From an uncultured Gammaproteobacteria bacterium (GTDB lineage Bacteria; Patescibacteriota; Microgenomatia; CAYQLK01): 64,000 nt of DNA. The stretch covers positions 595,396 to 659,395 of the forward strand of contig CAYOLO010000001.1 in the NCBI GenBank assembly GCA_964404855.1. The letters are read 5' to 3'. Below the pieces are notes generated by a model that saw nothing but the letters and a program-made list of their open reading frames with translations, did not search any database and was not told the DNA's origin. Below are positions 49,519 to 58,765 of this stretch, piece by piece. The translations under genes were made by a program, and so were the position numbers. Position 1 is the first letter of the stretch. Every line of letters starts with the position of its first letter.

Positions 49519-49698
49519 TACTACTCCAGATTAAAAGTTCCTTGCCTCAATCGTTCCCACCCACAGGCTGTGGACAGGTCTTTTTGACACAAGAGCGGTA
49601 TTCTAGCTCAATTATTGTAAAAATACAACAATATAAACTAAAATAATTCAATCCTGTAGTAAACTGTATTTTAGTTAAATTGATATAATAATTGCATA

Positions 49699-50355
49699 AT
49701 GGAGAGAGAGCCAATTTTTATTGCCCACAAGGGTGATACAGTAAATTTTCCCGAAAACACCCTCGAAGCGTTTGAGAGTGCTTTTAGTAAAGGTGCAGAT
49801 GGAATTGAAATGGATGTTCACTTAAGTGATACAGGTAAGATAATTGTGGTCCACAATTATCTCTATGACAGGAGGCAAAACTACCCAACGCTCGACGAAG
49901 TACTGGCAAGATTCGCTTCTCGAGGAAGAATTGAGATTGAGGTGAAAGAATTAGAGGAAAATGCCCTTGCAATTATTGAGGGGATTGTAAATAAATACAG
50001 ACCTTTTGATGTCGAAGTAACCACAAGTGTCCAACCACTCATGCCAAAAATTAGTGAAGTTTTTAATACTGACAGGCGCGGACTTATTTTTCGTAACAAT
50101 TTAATTGAAGATTGGATGCCCGAAGAATTTCGTATTAAATGGATTTTGGCACACTTACATTTAACTGGGGCAAATGTTCTGCATCTTGACCTTGACCTCT
50201 ATACACCAGCAATTATTGCTGCTATGCGAAATAAAAAAATTGTGACACATACACACATAAAAGCGGATAACAATGAAGCCATCGACAAAGTTAGACTATT
50301 GAGAATTGATCAATTCACTTTTGATGATATCGAACTACTAAAACAAAAGAAGTAA
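49699..50355 (+). CDS. Glycerophosphodiester phosphodiesterase family protein
   Basis: IAHKG, PENT..AF, GIEMDV, VVH, IEIEVK. Confidence 0.9.
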   Translation: MEREPIFIAHKGDTVNFPENTLEAFESAFSKGADGIEMDVHLSDTGKIIVVHNYLYDRRQNYPTLDEVLARFASRGRIEIEVKELEENALAIIEGIVNKYRPFDVEVTTSVQPLMPKISEVFNTDRRGLIFRNNLIEDWMPEEFRIKWILAHLHLTGANVLHLDLDLYTPAIIAAMRNKKIVTHTHIKADNNEAIDKVRLLRIDQFTFDDIELLKQKK

Positions 50356-50372
50356 ATAAGCCCAAAAAACAT

Positions 50373-50406
50373 AAAAAAAGAGGAAGAGACGGTTGTCTCT
50401 TCCCCT
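50373..50406 (-). terminator. Intrinsic terminator
   Basis: AGGGGAAGAGAC-AACC-GTCTCTTCCTCT + T-run on the minus strand. Confidence 0.88.
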
Positions 50407-50554
50407 GACTCACTGGCCCCTGTTTAGGGCTTGGAGTGGCTGGCCGAGCCAGCAGTTAGGCTCGGCTTCGCCGGCGCCGCCTGGACCTTATGAAAAGAAC
50501 CGCGTGATGCTATTCAAGCATAGGCCTCCAGAACGTTTTTTTTGGTTTTTAACC
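50373..50554 (-). ncRNA. Candidate structured non-coding RNA (~180 nt, unknown family)
   Basis: Perfect promoter upstream, three GC-rich stem-loops, terminator, no ORF of meaningful length. Confidence 0.55.
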
Positions 50555-50561
50555 GGGTATA

Positions 50562-50590
50562 ATTATATTATATCTTATAGTAATTGTCAA
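50562..50590 (-). promoter_or_regulatory. Consensus sigma70 promoter
   Basis: TTGACA (50590-50585)-17 nt-TATAAT (50567-50562). Confidence 0.85.
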
Positions 50591-50626
50591 ATACTGCGAA
50601 TAAAAACCTATATAATAAGTACTACA

Positions 50627-51334
50627 ATGAAAATAAGAAATAATGGGTTTATTTATGTTTTTTCAGAGACTAGTGACGGCAACATGTCCTACACTTGGGG
50701 TGGCCAAAATGAAGTCGATATAAACAGAAGTAAATTTTTAAAAAAATATTCACTCGAGCCTACAAAATGCGTTAAGGCATCACTGGTACACGGAACAAGA
50801 ATAAAAATCGTTACTGAAATAAATTGTGACTGCGATAAAGAATATGTTTGTGACAGTTTGATAACTAACTCAAAAAAAGTTGTATTGTGTATGGTGACGG
50901 CCGATTGTTTCCCCTTGGTAATCTTTGACCCAAAAACCAAACTAATATCCCTAACCCACCTTGGACACCGAGGAGTATCGGCAAAACTAACCAAAAAAGT
51001 GATTAAAAAAATGCAAAAACTTGGTTCAGAGCCAACTAATCTAGTCGCGATAATTGGAGCAGGAATCAGAAAAGAGTCGTATGTTTTTGATGATGTCACT
51101 CAGAAAAACGATCCTGAGTGGGGAAATTTTTTGAGGAACACAAAGAATGGCAAAATCTCTGTAGATTTGGTTGGGTTTATAGTTAGACAGTTAACAGAAA
51201 GTGGAATCATGCAGAACAATATTCGTGACCTTGAGATTGATACAGCTCAAGGTAACAAATATTTTTCGCATTACAGAGCGCAGTTATTAAACGAAAAAGA
51301 AGGAAGGTTTTTGTCGGCGGTAAAAATTACTTAA
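50627..51334 (+). CDS. pgeF: YfiH/PgeF-family protein (peptidoglycan editing / purine nucleoside phosphorylase-like)
   Basis: VHG, DSLIT, TADC.P, HLG.RG, FSHYR, GR; ATG 50627 preferred. Confidence 0.85.
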   Translation: MKIRNNGFIYVFSETSDGNMSYTWGGQNEVDINRSKFLKKYSLEPTKCVKASLVHGTRIKIVTEINCDCDKEYVCDSLITNSKKVVLCMVTADCFPLVIFDPKTKLISLTHLGHRGVSAKLTKKVIKKMQKLGSEPTNLVAIIGAGIRKESYVFDDVTQKNDPEWGNFLRNTKNGKISVDLVGFIVRQLTESGIMQNNIRDLEIDTAQGNKYFSHYRAQLLNEKEGRFLSAVKIT

Positions 51335-52640
51335 CTTTTTTTAAGGTTTCTAGTATCTGTCTTGCTAATTGATGCGAATTACCTGAACCCATAACTAATA
51401 TTATTTCGTTATTTTCGAGCGATTGGGATAAGCTTTTTGTAATTGTTTCAAAATCAGGAATGTACTCACTATTTTTTATGACATCGGCGATGTTTTGACC
51501 TGAGAAATTTGGATCTTCTTTTTCGCGGCTGGTAAATATTTTGGAAATAATGACCTTGTTAGCTAGTACGAGTGAGTCTGCTAGCTGGTCGAGTGTGAAT
51601 TTTAGCCGGCTAACGGTGTGTGGTTCGATAACTACGGTTATTTTGGCTTCTGGATACCGAGAATTAATGGCTTCAATTGAGGCCTTAAAAGCACTTGGGT
51701 GGTTGGCGTAGTCATCAAAAACCATGACTCCCCTGCTTGTTCCAATCAGCTCCAGACGTCTGTTAAGACCAGTAAAATTTGATAGAGATTTGAGTGCGAT
51801 TTGCTCAGAAATACCAAGTACTCTAGCTAGTTCTAGCACACCCAATGCGTTGTCCTTGTTGTGCTGACCAAGAACAGTGAGAGCAATGTTTTTAGTATTT
51901 TTGCTTGGGTAGTAAGGAGCTAATTGGACTAATGAATTTTTGAAAGATTTAACTAGTCTTTGGTTACCGATATTTTCCGCGTTATAGATAAGCACACTAC
52001 CTGTCGGCATGTTCGAAACTAAGTTTTGATAAGATTCCAACATACGCTCAAATGTCAAAAAATATTCAGGATGGTCCATTTCGATATTATTCAGGATTAG
52101 ATAATCGGGATGATAAGAGGCAAAGTTGTCGTGGAATTCATCGGCCTCCGAAATGAAATATTTACCATCGCCTAATAGAATATTATTTTGCCAACCAATG
52201 TCGGTTGCGCCAATCTCGACCGTTGGATTAAGCTTCGCGTCTTGCAGTAAGTGACCAACCATCGCCGTCGTGGTGCTTTTTCCGTGTGTGCCCGCAATGC
52301 AAATCACTTTTTTATTTTTGTGGAGATATTGACCCAAAAAATCCTGCCATTTAACTAGAATATTTTTATTTTTAGCCTCTAATATTTCTGGGTGGTTTTC
52401 GTTTTGATAAAAAACCGCGGGTGTTACTGCCACCAAATCAGCGTCTTTAATGTGTGATATGTCGTGACCTGTGAATACTTTAATGTCTGATGATTTCACT
52501 TTTTGAATATAAGGGGTGTCACTGGCAACATCACAGCCTGTGACTTGATATCCGTAGTTTTTAGCAATTTGGGCAACAGCTGAAACACCAGAACCGCCAA
52601 TACCAACAAAATGAATATTTTTAATCGGTTTTTGAATCAT
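51327..52640 (-). CDS. murC: UDP-N-acetylmuramate--L-alanine ligase
   Basis: HFVGIGGSG.S, AGTHGKSTTT, EADE, DH, RRLE, DDYANHP; ATG 52640. Confidence 0.93.
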   Translation of the reverse strand: MIQKPIKNIHFVGIGGSGVSAVAQIAKNYGYQVTGCDVASDTPYIQKVKSSDIKVFTGHDISHIKDADLVAVTPAVFYQNENHPEILEAKNKNILVKWQDFLGQYLHKNKKVICIAGTHGKSTTTAMVGHLLQDAKLNPTVEIGATDIGWQNNILLGDGKYFISEADEFHDNFASYHPDYLILNNIEMDHPEYFLTFERMLESYQNLVSNMPTGSVLIYNAENIGNQRLVKSFKNSLVQLAPYYPSKNTKNIALTVLGQHNKDNALGVLELARVLGISEQIALKSLSNFTGLNRRLELIGTSRGVMVFDDYANHPSAFKASIEAINSRYPEAKITVVIEPHTVSRLKFTLDQLADSLVLANKVIISKIFTSREKEDPNFSGQNIADVIKNSEYIPDFETITKSLSQSLENNEIILVMGSGNSHQLARQILETLKKVK

Positions 52641-52655
52641 ATGTTGTATTTTAAT

Positions 52656-52687
52656 AAAAAAAGGCGCTCTGTGAATTTTAGAGCGCC
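52656..52687 (-). terminator. Intrinsic terminator
   Basis: GGCGCTCT-loop-AGAGCGCC + T7 on the minus strand. Confidence 0.82.
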
Positions 52688-52722
52688 AAAGGGCGTAAGG
52701 ACAGAGGTTGGGAGAAAGAATT

Positions 52723-53340
52723 TTAGGCTTGAGAGCCAAGCGACTCGGCTACGAGTTTTGCAAACTCGTCGGCCATTGTATCGCGGTTGTGCCAACCGAC
52801 CTTGAACATCACGACCTCATCGCGATTAGCAAGCTGTTGACCAGCTTCCATAATCATTCTGGCCATGTCTAGGCGCTTGGCAAGCTCTTCAGCTTCCATT
52901 GCCTGTCTCGCGGTCATGTTGTGAGTCAGATACTCTGGCTCTGCTTCGAGCACGAACCAGCGCACAAGACTGACATCTTTGGCCTCTGGCCTTTCAGCAA
53001 GCTCCTGAGGAACTGCTGCCTGATAAACGGGATTAAGCTCGATGATGGCGCCAGTTGCGCCGCCAGCGGCTAAGGCTTGGATGTCCCCAATGCGGTAAGC
53101 ATAGTGGAATCCCTTGTTTTCGTGATGACCGACCAACTCACCACCGTTAAGATGGTTTTCGTAGTCAGCACCAGAGATACAGATTTTGGTTTCGATGCCT
53201 ACGCCCCTATCAGGACGGGTCGTAACCATCTGAGGATTGCTCAGCCCGAGCCGTTCGATGACGACTTGTGTGAGGTAATCCTTACCAGCTCCGGATGGTC
53301 CGGAGATCCCAATTACTGGAATTTGTTTTGTTTTATCCAT
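52723..53340 (-). CDS. Guanylate-kinase/PhnN-like P-loop kinase
   Basis: ISGPSGAGKD, VTTRPDR, H..K..HYAY. Confidence 0.8.
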   Translation of the reverse strand: MDKTKQIPVIGISGPSGAGKDYLTQVVIERLGLSNPQMVTTRPDRGVGIETKICISGADYENHLNGGELVGHHENKGFHYAYRIGDIQALAAGGATGAIIELNPVYQAAVPQELAERPEAKDVSLVRWFVLEAEPEYLTHNMTARQAMEAEELAKRLDMARMIMEAGQQLANRDEVVMFKVGWHNRDTMADEFAKLVAESLGSQA

Positions 53341-53380
53341 ATCAAGTGCGTAATTTTACACTAATTTTCCATTAAGTCAA

Positions 53381-53968
53381 TCAGTCAATAATAGTCCTAT
53401 AGTTATTTGCTAATTTATCCAGATTTGGTACTCCAAATTCTTTGGCAAAATTATCGAATTTTTGTGCGTTTTCTTCGCCGAACTTGAGCGCAATTTTCCT
53501 ATAAGATTCGAAACTATTAAATTTGGGATTTTTGGAGTGAAACTTATCTGCATACATGACTAATCTTTCCTCGACTGTCTCAGCCATATAATTATCGACT
53601 GGTAATGGTAGATTTGATTTGGTTATATAGTCTTTTGTAAGACCAAGACCTGTGTGGCACTTGGCTATCCGACATAAGTCTTCACTATAGCCTTTCTCTT
53701 TTAAAATATTATATCCTATAATTCCATGTTTAATATAATTTGGCTCGTCAAAAATTCCTTTCTCATCAATAAGTTTGTAGGCACCAATATCATGTAATAG
53801 AGCACCGCTTTTGACTAAATCGATGTTTAATTCTAAAGCCTTATCGGCGATTATTTGAGAACAAATTTGCCAAATGATTTGGCAGTGAGAAAAAATAATA
53901 TCGAATGCTGTTTGGCTGGGTGCGTAATACAGATGAAGTTTTTTGATTTCGGATTCGTTTGGATACAT
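53381..53968 (-). CDS. HD (HDIG) domain phosphohydrolase
   Basis: H..I, ALLHDIG, HG..G, HTG.G, YADKF. Confidence 0.9.
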   Translation of the reverse strand: MYPNESEIKKLHLYYAPSQTAFDIIFSHCQIIWQICSQIIADKALELNIDLVKSGALLHDIGAYKLIDEKGIFDEPNYIKHGIIGYNILKEKGYSEDLCRIAKCHTGLGLTKDYITKSNLPLPVDNYMAETVEERLVMYADKFHSKNPKFNSFESYRKIALKFGEENAQKFDNFAKEFGVPNLDKLANNYRTIID

Positions 53969-53994
53969 TTTTTTATTTGTACCGCAACATATTA

Positions 53995-55368
53995 CTAAAA
54001 AATCTCAATTAATTTGAGAACACCGCTTCTTATTTCCGAATATTTAATCTTACTTGCCGTGGTATTAACTGTGGTAGTGAGAATTTCCTGCAGATTGCAA
54101 ATAACTGGGTCGTCAGTTGGCTCTTCTAATAATTTGACCACTTCTAGCCAGTGGTTACTTAAAATTTGAAGGATTTTTTCGGTTTCTGGTGTGAGCGTTT
54201 GAGATTCTTTGGCTGTGACTAGTACAGCTGCAGCCATACTCGCATAAGTACTACTATTGTCGGCTGTGGTTAACTCTGAACTATCAAGTACTATTACAGG
54301 AACACTTGTAGCTACCTCACCACTAGCGGCTGCGTGTCTGGCAAGTAGTTGAATATCAAAAGACATATCAGTGATTTTGTCTGGCATGGCTACAACCGTG
54401 GCAAGATTGGCGGTATTAAAAGCCTTAAATCCTGCTTGAGTGTCGGTTGGCAAATAGTGACCAAGTAATTCGTTGCGAATCGTTCCAAGAAGAATCTTGG
54501 TTCTTTTTTTACCTTCGGAATGTAAGAACTCAGCGTCTTCTGAAACTGACAATTCGTGCCTACGGTTGCCGGTAACTGCCGAAGCGCCGTGGACTATTGG
54601 GTGAATAAGCGTACCCAGTAAGCCTAGGTTATAGGAAAGATCAGCGTCGGTGTAAACAACGATATCGTCACCAGCCGTAATGGAGCTTGCCATTCCAGCA
54701 TAAACAGAACCACCTTTTTTGCTGTCTTTAGCCGATTTGAGCTCAACCACTGCTTCTTTTAGCAAGTCGATTTTTTGGTTCGGTGCATTTTTGATGAAGT
54801 CTTCAAGAAAAATAACCTCGTGGGTTTCGTGAAGTTGGCGGTGATCAATAATTGTTTGAATTGATTTACCTGTATCAGAATCACAACCATCATCAACCCA
54901 AATAAGACGGCATTTAATATTAGGATTGACCTTGTGCAACCACCTAAGCTGACGGTCTTTTTCAACAACAAAATTCTCACCGTGTGGATGAGGGTCCAGA
55001 GCAGATTCGGAATTATTTGTGCCCCAGATAAGACCGTTTATTTCGCGAGGTCTAAGTCTGTGGCTTTCACGGAAAACCGAAACAACAATTCCTACCTGTA
55101 GAGGATTACTAATAAGGCTAAAGGCTGCTTTGGAAATAGCTAATTTGACACCTGCGTGGATAAAAAGTGAGGTTTTGGGATTTTTGTGCAGTTCAAGCTC
55201 GAGTTTTTTGAGTCCGATTAAACTAAAGTCGTATTGAGCAAGCAGATTGTCGGCGTAGCGCCTGAGCTCTTTTTGGACATGCTGATCTTTGAAGTTGTGT
55301 TGACCAACAGGAGCCACAGATGAATCGTTAGCAATTGAAAAAGACAGATTATCTATTATCGTGGTCAT
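53995..55368 (-). CDS. Divergent GT2 (polyprenyl-phosphate glycosyltransferase / ALG5-like)
   Basis: WVDDG, KKGGSV, YTDADLS, GNR, DTQAGFKAF, FDIQLL. Confidence 0.8.
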   Translation of the reverse strand: MTTIIDNLSFSIANDSSVAPVGQHNFKDQHVQKELRRYADNLLAQYDFSLIGLKKLELELHKNPKTSLFIHAGVKLAISKAAFSLISNPLQVGIVVSVFRESHRLRPREINGLIWGTNNSESALDPHPHGENFVVEKDRQLRWLHKVNPNIKCRLIWVDDGCDSDTGKSIQTIIDHRQLHETHEVIFLEDFIKNAPNQKIDLLKEAVVELKSAKDSKKGGSVYAGMASSITAGDDIVVYTDADLSYNLGLLGTLIHPIVHGASAVTGNRRHELSVSEDAEFLHSEGKKRTKILLGTIRNELLGHYLPTDTQAGFKAFNTANLATVVAMPDKITDMSFDIQLLARHAAASGEVATSVPVIVLDSSELTTADNSSTYASMAAAVLVTAKESQTLTPETEKILQILSNHWLEVVKLLEEPTDDPVICNLQEILTTTVNTTASKIKYSEIRSGVLKLIEIF

Positions 55369-55380
55369 GGCAGTTACCGA

Positions 55381-56457
55381 TTAACTAAGTGAGAGTAGTT
55401 TTTTGACTTGGGAAACTGCTCTTGGGAGCTCGTCGTTAACGATATAAACGATTCCCAAATCTGGATTTTGGGTGAATAGTGTTGTTTCGGCTACTTCGGT
55501 GATTTGACCTGGACCCATAGTGGATTCTAGGTATGAATCTTTGACACTGTAACGGTCTTCGACTTCTGGATCTTTGTGCGTTGGGTCACCGTAAGTGCGA
55601 ACAATAACACGTGTAGCTAATTCCAAGATTCCACCACCTGGAGGAAGAATACAAACTGGCTGAAGTGTTAGCTCAGGTAGTAGCTCTGGTGCATTTTTAC
55701 TTATGTTGACAACTTCGCCAGGGCTTTGTTCGATAAACGCGATATTAGACTTGGCAAAAGCTTCTTTGGTTGCTGCAACGGTTGTGCCGTAACGGCCGCG
55801 ACCTGGGCGAAGAAGATCCGCAAGGAATGGACCTTGTGCTAGATATTTGTTTTCGCCACTAGCATCCAAACCTTCCACATCAACGCCATCAATATAGTGA
55901 TAATCAACTCCAGCTTCTTCGCCTGGGCGTCTGGCGCGAGTTGTGGTGTTAACTACACGAGGACCTGAGAGTTTAATAATTGTTCCTTTGCCTGTGCCAC
56001 CAATGCCGAGCATTGGCACGCCGACTTTTTTACCGTTACCTATTGCCTCTTCAACTTTGGCTTGACCTTTGGCTAGTGTATGGTCTTCAAGCGCCGAAGC
56101 GATATCTTCGTCAGCGATACCTTCGGTATTAAGACCGACACCTTCAGCTAGGTTGTGTAGTACTTGGTTGTAGTTGGATTGATATTCAAATAATGTGTCG
56201 GCTTTAAGTGCTAATAGTCCGGCAATAGTTGTTGGGTCACGGCGAAGCTGTTCTCTAAGGGATTTGACTTCATCACTTGCTTCGTCAGAGATTTCGATTG
56301 TAGAAGGATTAGCAACATAACGCATAACAATCTCTGTAACTACGCCAGATTGGCTAGCAAGCCACTTGCCTGCTTCTGATTCGATATCAGCGGTACTTAG
56401 TGCATCTTTTACCTTGGAGGCAATTAGTGACATTTTTTCTTCTTCAGCTTTGTTCAT
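55381..56457 (-). CDS. Guanylate-kinase-like protein with N-terminal helical extension
   Basis: GIGGTGKGT, TTTRARRPGE..GVDYHYI, YGTT. Confidence 0.8.
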   Translation of the reverse strand: MNKAEEEKMSLIASKVKDALSTADIESEAGKWLASQSGVVTEIVMRYVANPSTIEISDEASDEVKSLREQLRRDPTTIAGLLALKADTLFEYQSNYNQVLHNLAEGVGLNTEGIADEDIASALEDHTLAKGQAKVEEAIGNGKKVGVPMLGIGGTGKGTIIKLSGPRVVNTTTRARRPGEEAGVDYHYIDGVDVEGLDASGENKYLAQGPFLADLLRPGRGRYGTTVAATKEAFAKSNIAFIEQSPGEVVNISKNAPELLPELTLQPVCILPPGGGILELATRVIVRTYGDPTHKDPEVEDRYSVKDSYLESTMGPGQITEVAETTLFTQNPDLGIVYIVNDELPRAVSQVKKLLSLS

Positions 56458-56611
56458 ATTTTTATTCACGAGAGGAGATTCTAGCACCGAGCTAAAAAAT
56501 ACTCAACGGGTCAATGTGAGAAAGAATAAAATGTAATTAAGCAAATTATTTATTTTTTTTCTCGCTGAAAATATGGGCAAACTGAGCTCAAGAATATGCT
56601 AGAATCCGATA

Positions 56612-58693
56612 ATGGGATTATTTTTAACGCTTGATTTGCACTCTATATATCTGTTTATTTTTTCCATTGGTTTAGGTTTAGGCATCGGCACTGTAATAAT
56701 AAAAAATGTTTTTTATTGGGCGGTAAAGAATGGAAAGCTCACTTGTGATGAGCTAAGGATTATTCGTATTTTACAAAGAGTGGGTTGGGTGGCTATTTTG
56801 ATATATGGTTTGGGAGGGATTGGTCTTTTTTCACTCGCTTACGAAGTAATACTCGGCCTTGGAATTTTTCGAGCGAGCATGACAATTGTAGTGTTACTAA
56901 TTGTTAATGAAATATTAATTTCATTTTATTTTTTATCCCGCATGACCAAAGGTGGTAATAATGGCTTTGTACTCGACGCGATTATTTTAGGTAGCGGTGT
57001 TGTCTCCGCGGTTTCGTGGTTCTTTTTACTACTTCATCATATTTTTTATCAGACTTATATCGGCTACTTTACATTCTTGACACTGTACACGAGTGTGCTC
57101 GCCATATTTGTACTTATAACTTGGTTTGTAAGGAAAAACTCAATGACTTCTCGTGATTTGGGCGTGATAAAACGCTTTTTTCTTATCACATTATTGTTTA
57201 CGGGGATTTTAGTAATCCTATCTTATGTAACAACTAATTACACAATTGGGCTGGGTAGTTTGAAGAGAAAAGAAATAGTTAATGTTGTGCTTAACACATA
57301 TACTGCCGACGATGTAGCACTTCACAATAACTCAGAGGACTGCTGGCTAATTATCGATAAAAAAGTGTTCAATACTTCAGAAGCCTCTCGACTACATCCT
57401 GCAATGTTTAATTGTGGACAAGATGTAAGTGAAAATTATCACAAAAATCACGGAGCAACTATTCGAGATAAAATGATGAAGTTCCATATTGGCGAGCTCG
57501 GCGAGGGCAAAGGTGTGCAGAATGTGGACATTCCGTTCGAAAAACATACAACACTTAGCCCATACCGCGAACTATATGTGGAGGAAAATACCTGGAATCC
57601 CCGTGAGCTCATGATTGTTGTCGAGAAAAATGCAGAAAATCTTCTTATTATTGATGGAACCACTCACAAGCTAGTTGGGCGCGTCCATAATGTCGGATAT
57701 CAACCGCATACTTCGGTTTTTTCATCTGATGCTAGCAATATGTATATTATTTCGCGCGACGGATGGTTAACAAAAATTAATCTAAAAACATTAGAGCCTA
57801 CCCAATCGGTAAATGTTGGTGAAAATTCCCGTGGTACGGCAATTACTGATAACGACAAATATGTAGCGGTTGGAAATTATTCACCTGGGAATCTTGTAAT
57901 ACTTAATGCTGAGTCGATGGAAATACTCAAAACGATTCCTCTTACTGCAAATGTGGATGGAAAGGATGTTGAATCGCGAGCTGGAGCTGTGGTTGAAGAC
58001 GGAAACCGCATTATTGTGGCGCTTAAGGATGCAAATAGCGTGTGGGCGATAGATACAAACAAGCCTGACTTTCCTGTGACTAACAAGTTTGATGGGATTG
58101 GTAAGAATATACCTGCACTGCATGACGCGTTCCTAACTCCAAACGGTAAACATTACATTGTAGCCTCGCAAGGTTCAAAAACTGCTTGGGTTTTGGATTT
58201 GGCGACTATGAAGCCGGTTGCGGAAATTGAGACTGGGGAAACACCACACACCGGCCCAGGTGCGACTTGGGAGAATTATATATATGTTCCTGCGCTTGGA
58301 GAGGGACTAATTACGGTTATTGATACTAAGACATGGAAGCCTGCAAAATATATAAAAACGGGAGGACCGGGACTTTTTGTTCGTAGTTACAGTAAGGATT
58401 CGTCATATCCTTATGTGTGGGCCGATACTGCTTTTGGCGAGCATAAAGATGAGATATATGTGATTGATGCTCGGATTAATGAAATTGTTAAGACAATTAT
58501 CCCTGTAAAAGGAGAAAGCTCCTGGCATCCTGAATTTACTTACAATGGTGATTTTGTATATGTCGTTTCTCAGTCTGCGAATGAAGTAGAAGTCTATGAT
58601 GCTCACACCTTCGAACTGGTTGAGCGTATTAAATCAGATACACCATCAGCAATATCGAATGTCGGCCTTCGTATCGAAGAGCCTGGACTATGA
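56612..58693 (+). CDS. Multi-TM / cytochrome b5 / cytochrome d1 (NirS-like) fusion protein
   Basis: About six TMs; YT.DDVA.HN...DCW.II...V b5 signature; GYQPH, ISRDG, LHDA, TPHTGPGA, GG.GLFV NirS-type propeller motifs; no CxxCH. Confidence 0.8.
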   Translation: MGLFLTLDLHSIYLFIFSIGLGLGIGTVIIKNVFYWAVKNGKLTCDELRIIRILQRVGWVAILIYGLGGIGLFSLAYEVILGLGIFRASMTIVVLLIVNEILISFYFLSRMTKGGNNGFVLDAIILGSGVVSAVSWFFLLLHHIFYQTYIGYFTFLTLYTSVLAIFVLITWFVRKNSMTSRDLGVIKRFFLITLLFTGILVILSYVTTNYTIGLGSLKRKEIVNVVLNTYTADDVALHNNSEDCWLIIDKKVFNTSEASRLHPAMFNCGQDVSENYHKNHGATIRDKMMKFHIGELGEGKGVQNVDIPFEKHTTLSPYRELYVEENTWNPRELMIVVEKNAENLLIIDGTTHKLVGRVHNVGYQPHTSVFSSDASNMYIISRDGWLTKINLKTLEPTQSVNVGENSRGTAITDNDKYVAVGNYSPGNLVILNAESMEILKTIPLTANVDGKDVESRAGAVVEDGNRIIVALKDANSVWAIDTNKPDFPVTNKFDGIGKNIPALHDAFLTPNGKHYIVASQGSKTAWVLDLATMKPVAEIETGETPHTGPGATWENYIYVPALGEGLITVIDTKTWKPAKYIKTGGPGLFVRSYSKDSSYPYVWADTAFGEHKDEIYVIDARINEIVKTIIPVKGESSWHPEFTYNGDFVYVVSQSANEVEVYDAHTFELVERIKSDTPSAISNVGLRIEEPGL

Positions 58694-58765
58694 TTTGGAA
58701 TTGAATTAATGAATTATCGCCTTATATCTTAAATGCGATTTTTGGTTTTTTAAAAAAATATTTTT

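Noticed and set aside
46815-49587. Numerous overlapping alternative ORFs (e.g. 48230..48901, 49036..49587, 47842..48144)
   Set aside because: Shadow frames expected in GC-richer DNA; SD, terminator and motif evidence favours the minus-strand genes called
50405-50470. Twister-ribozyme-like words (CCUAAC..., UCCAAGCCC) in the ncRNA candidate
   Set aside because: The stem that must flank the CCAAGC loop (P4) cannot form
50393-50626. 5' extension of the pgeF ORF in the track
   Set aside because: Overlaps the opposite-strand promoter/terminator unit; family similarity starts near ATG 50627
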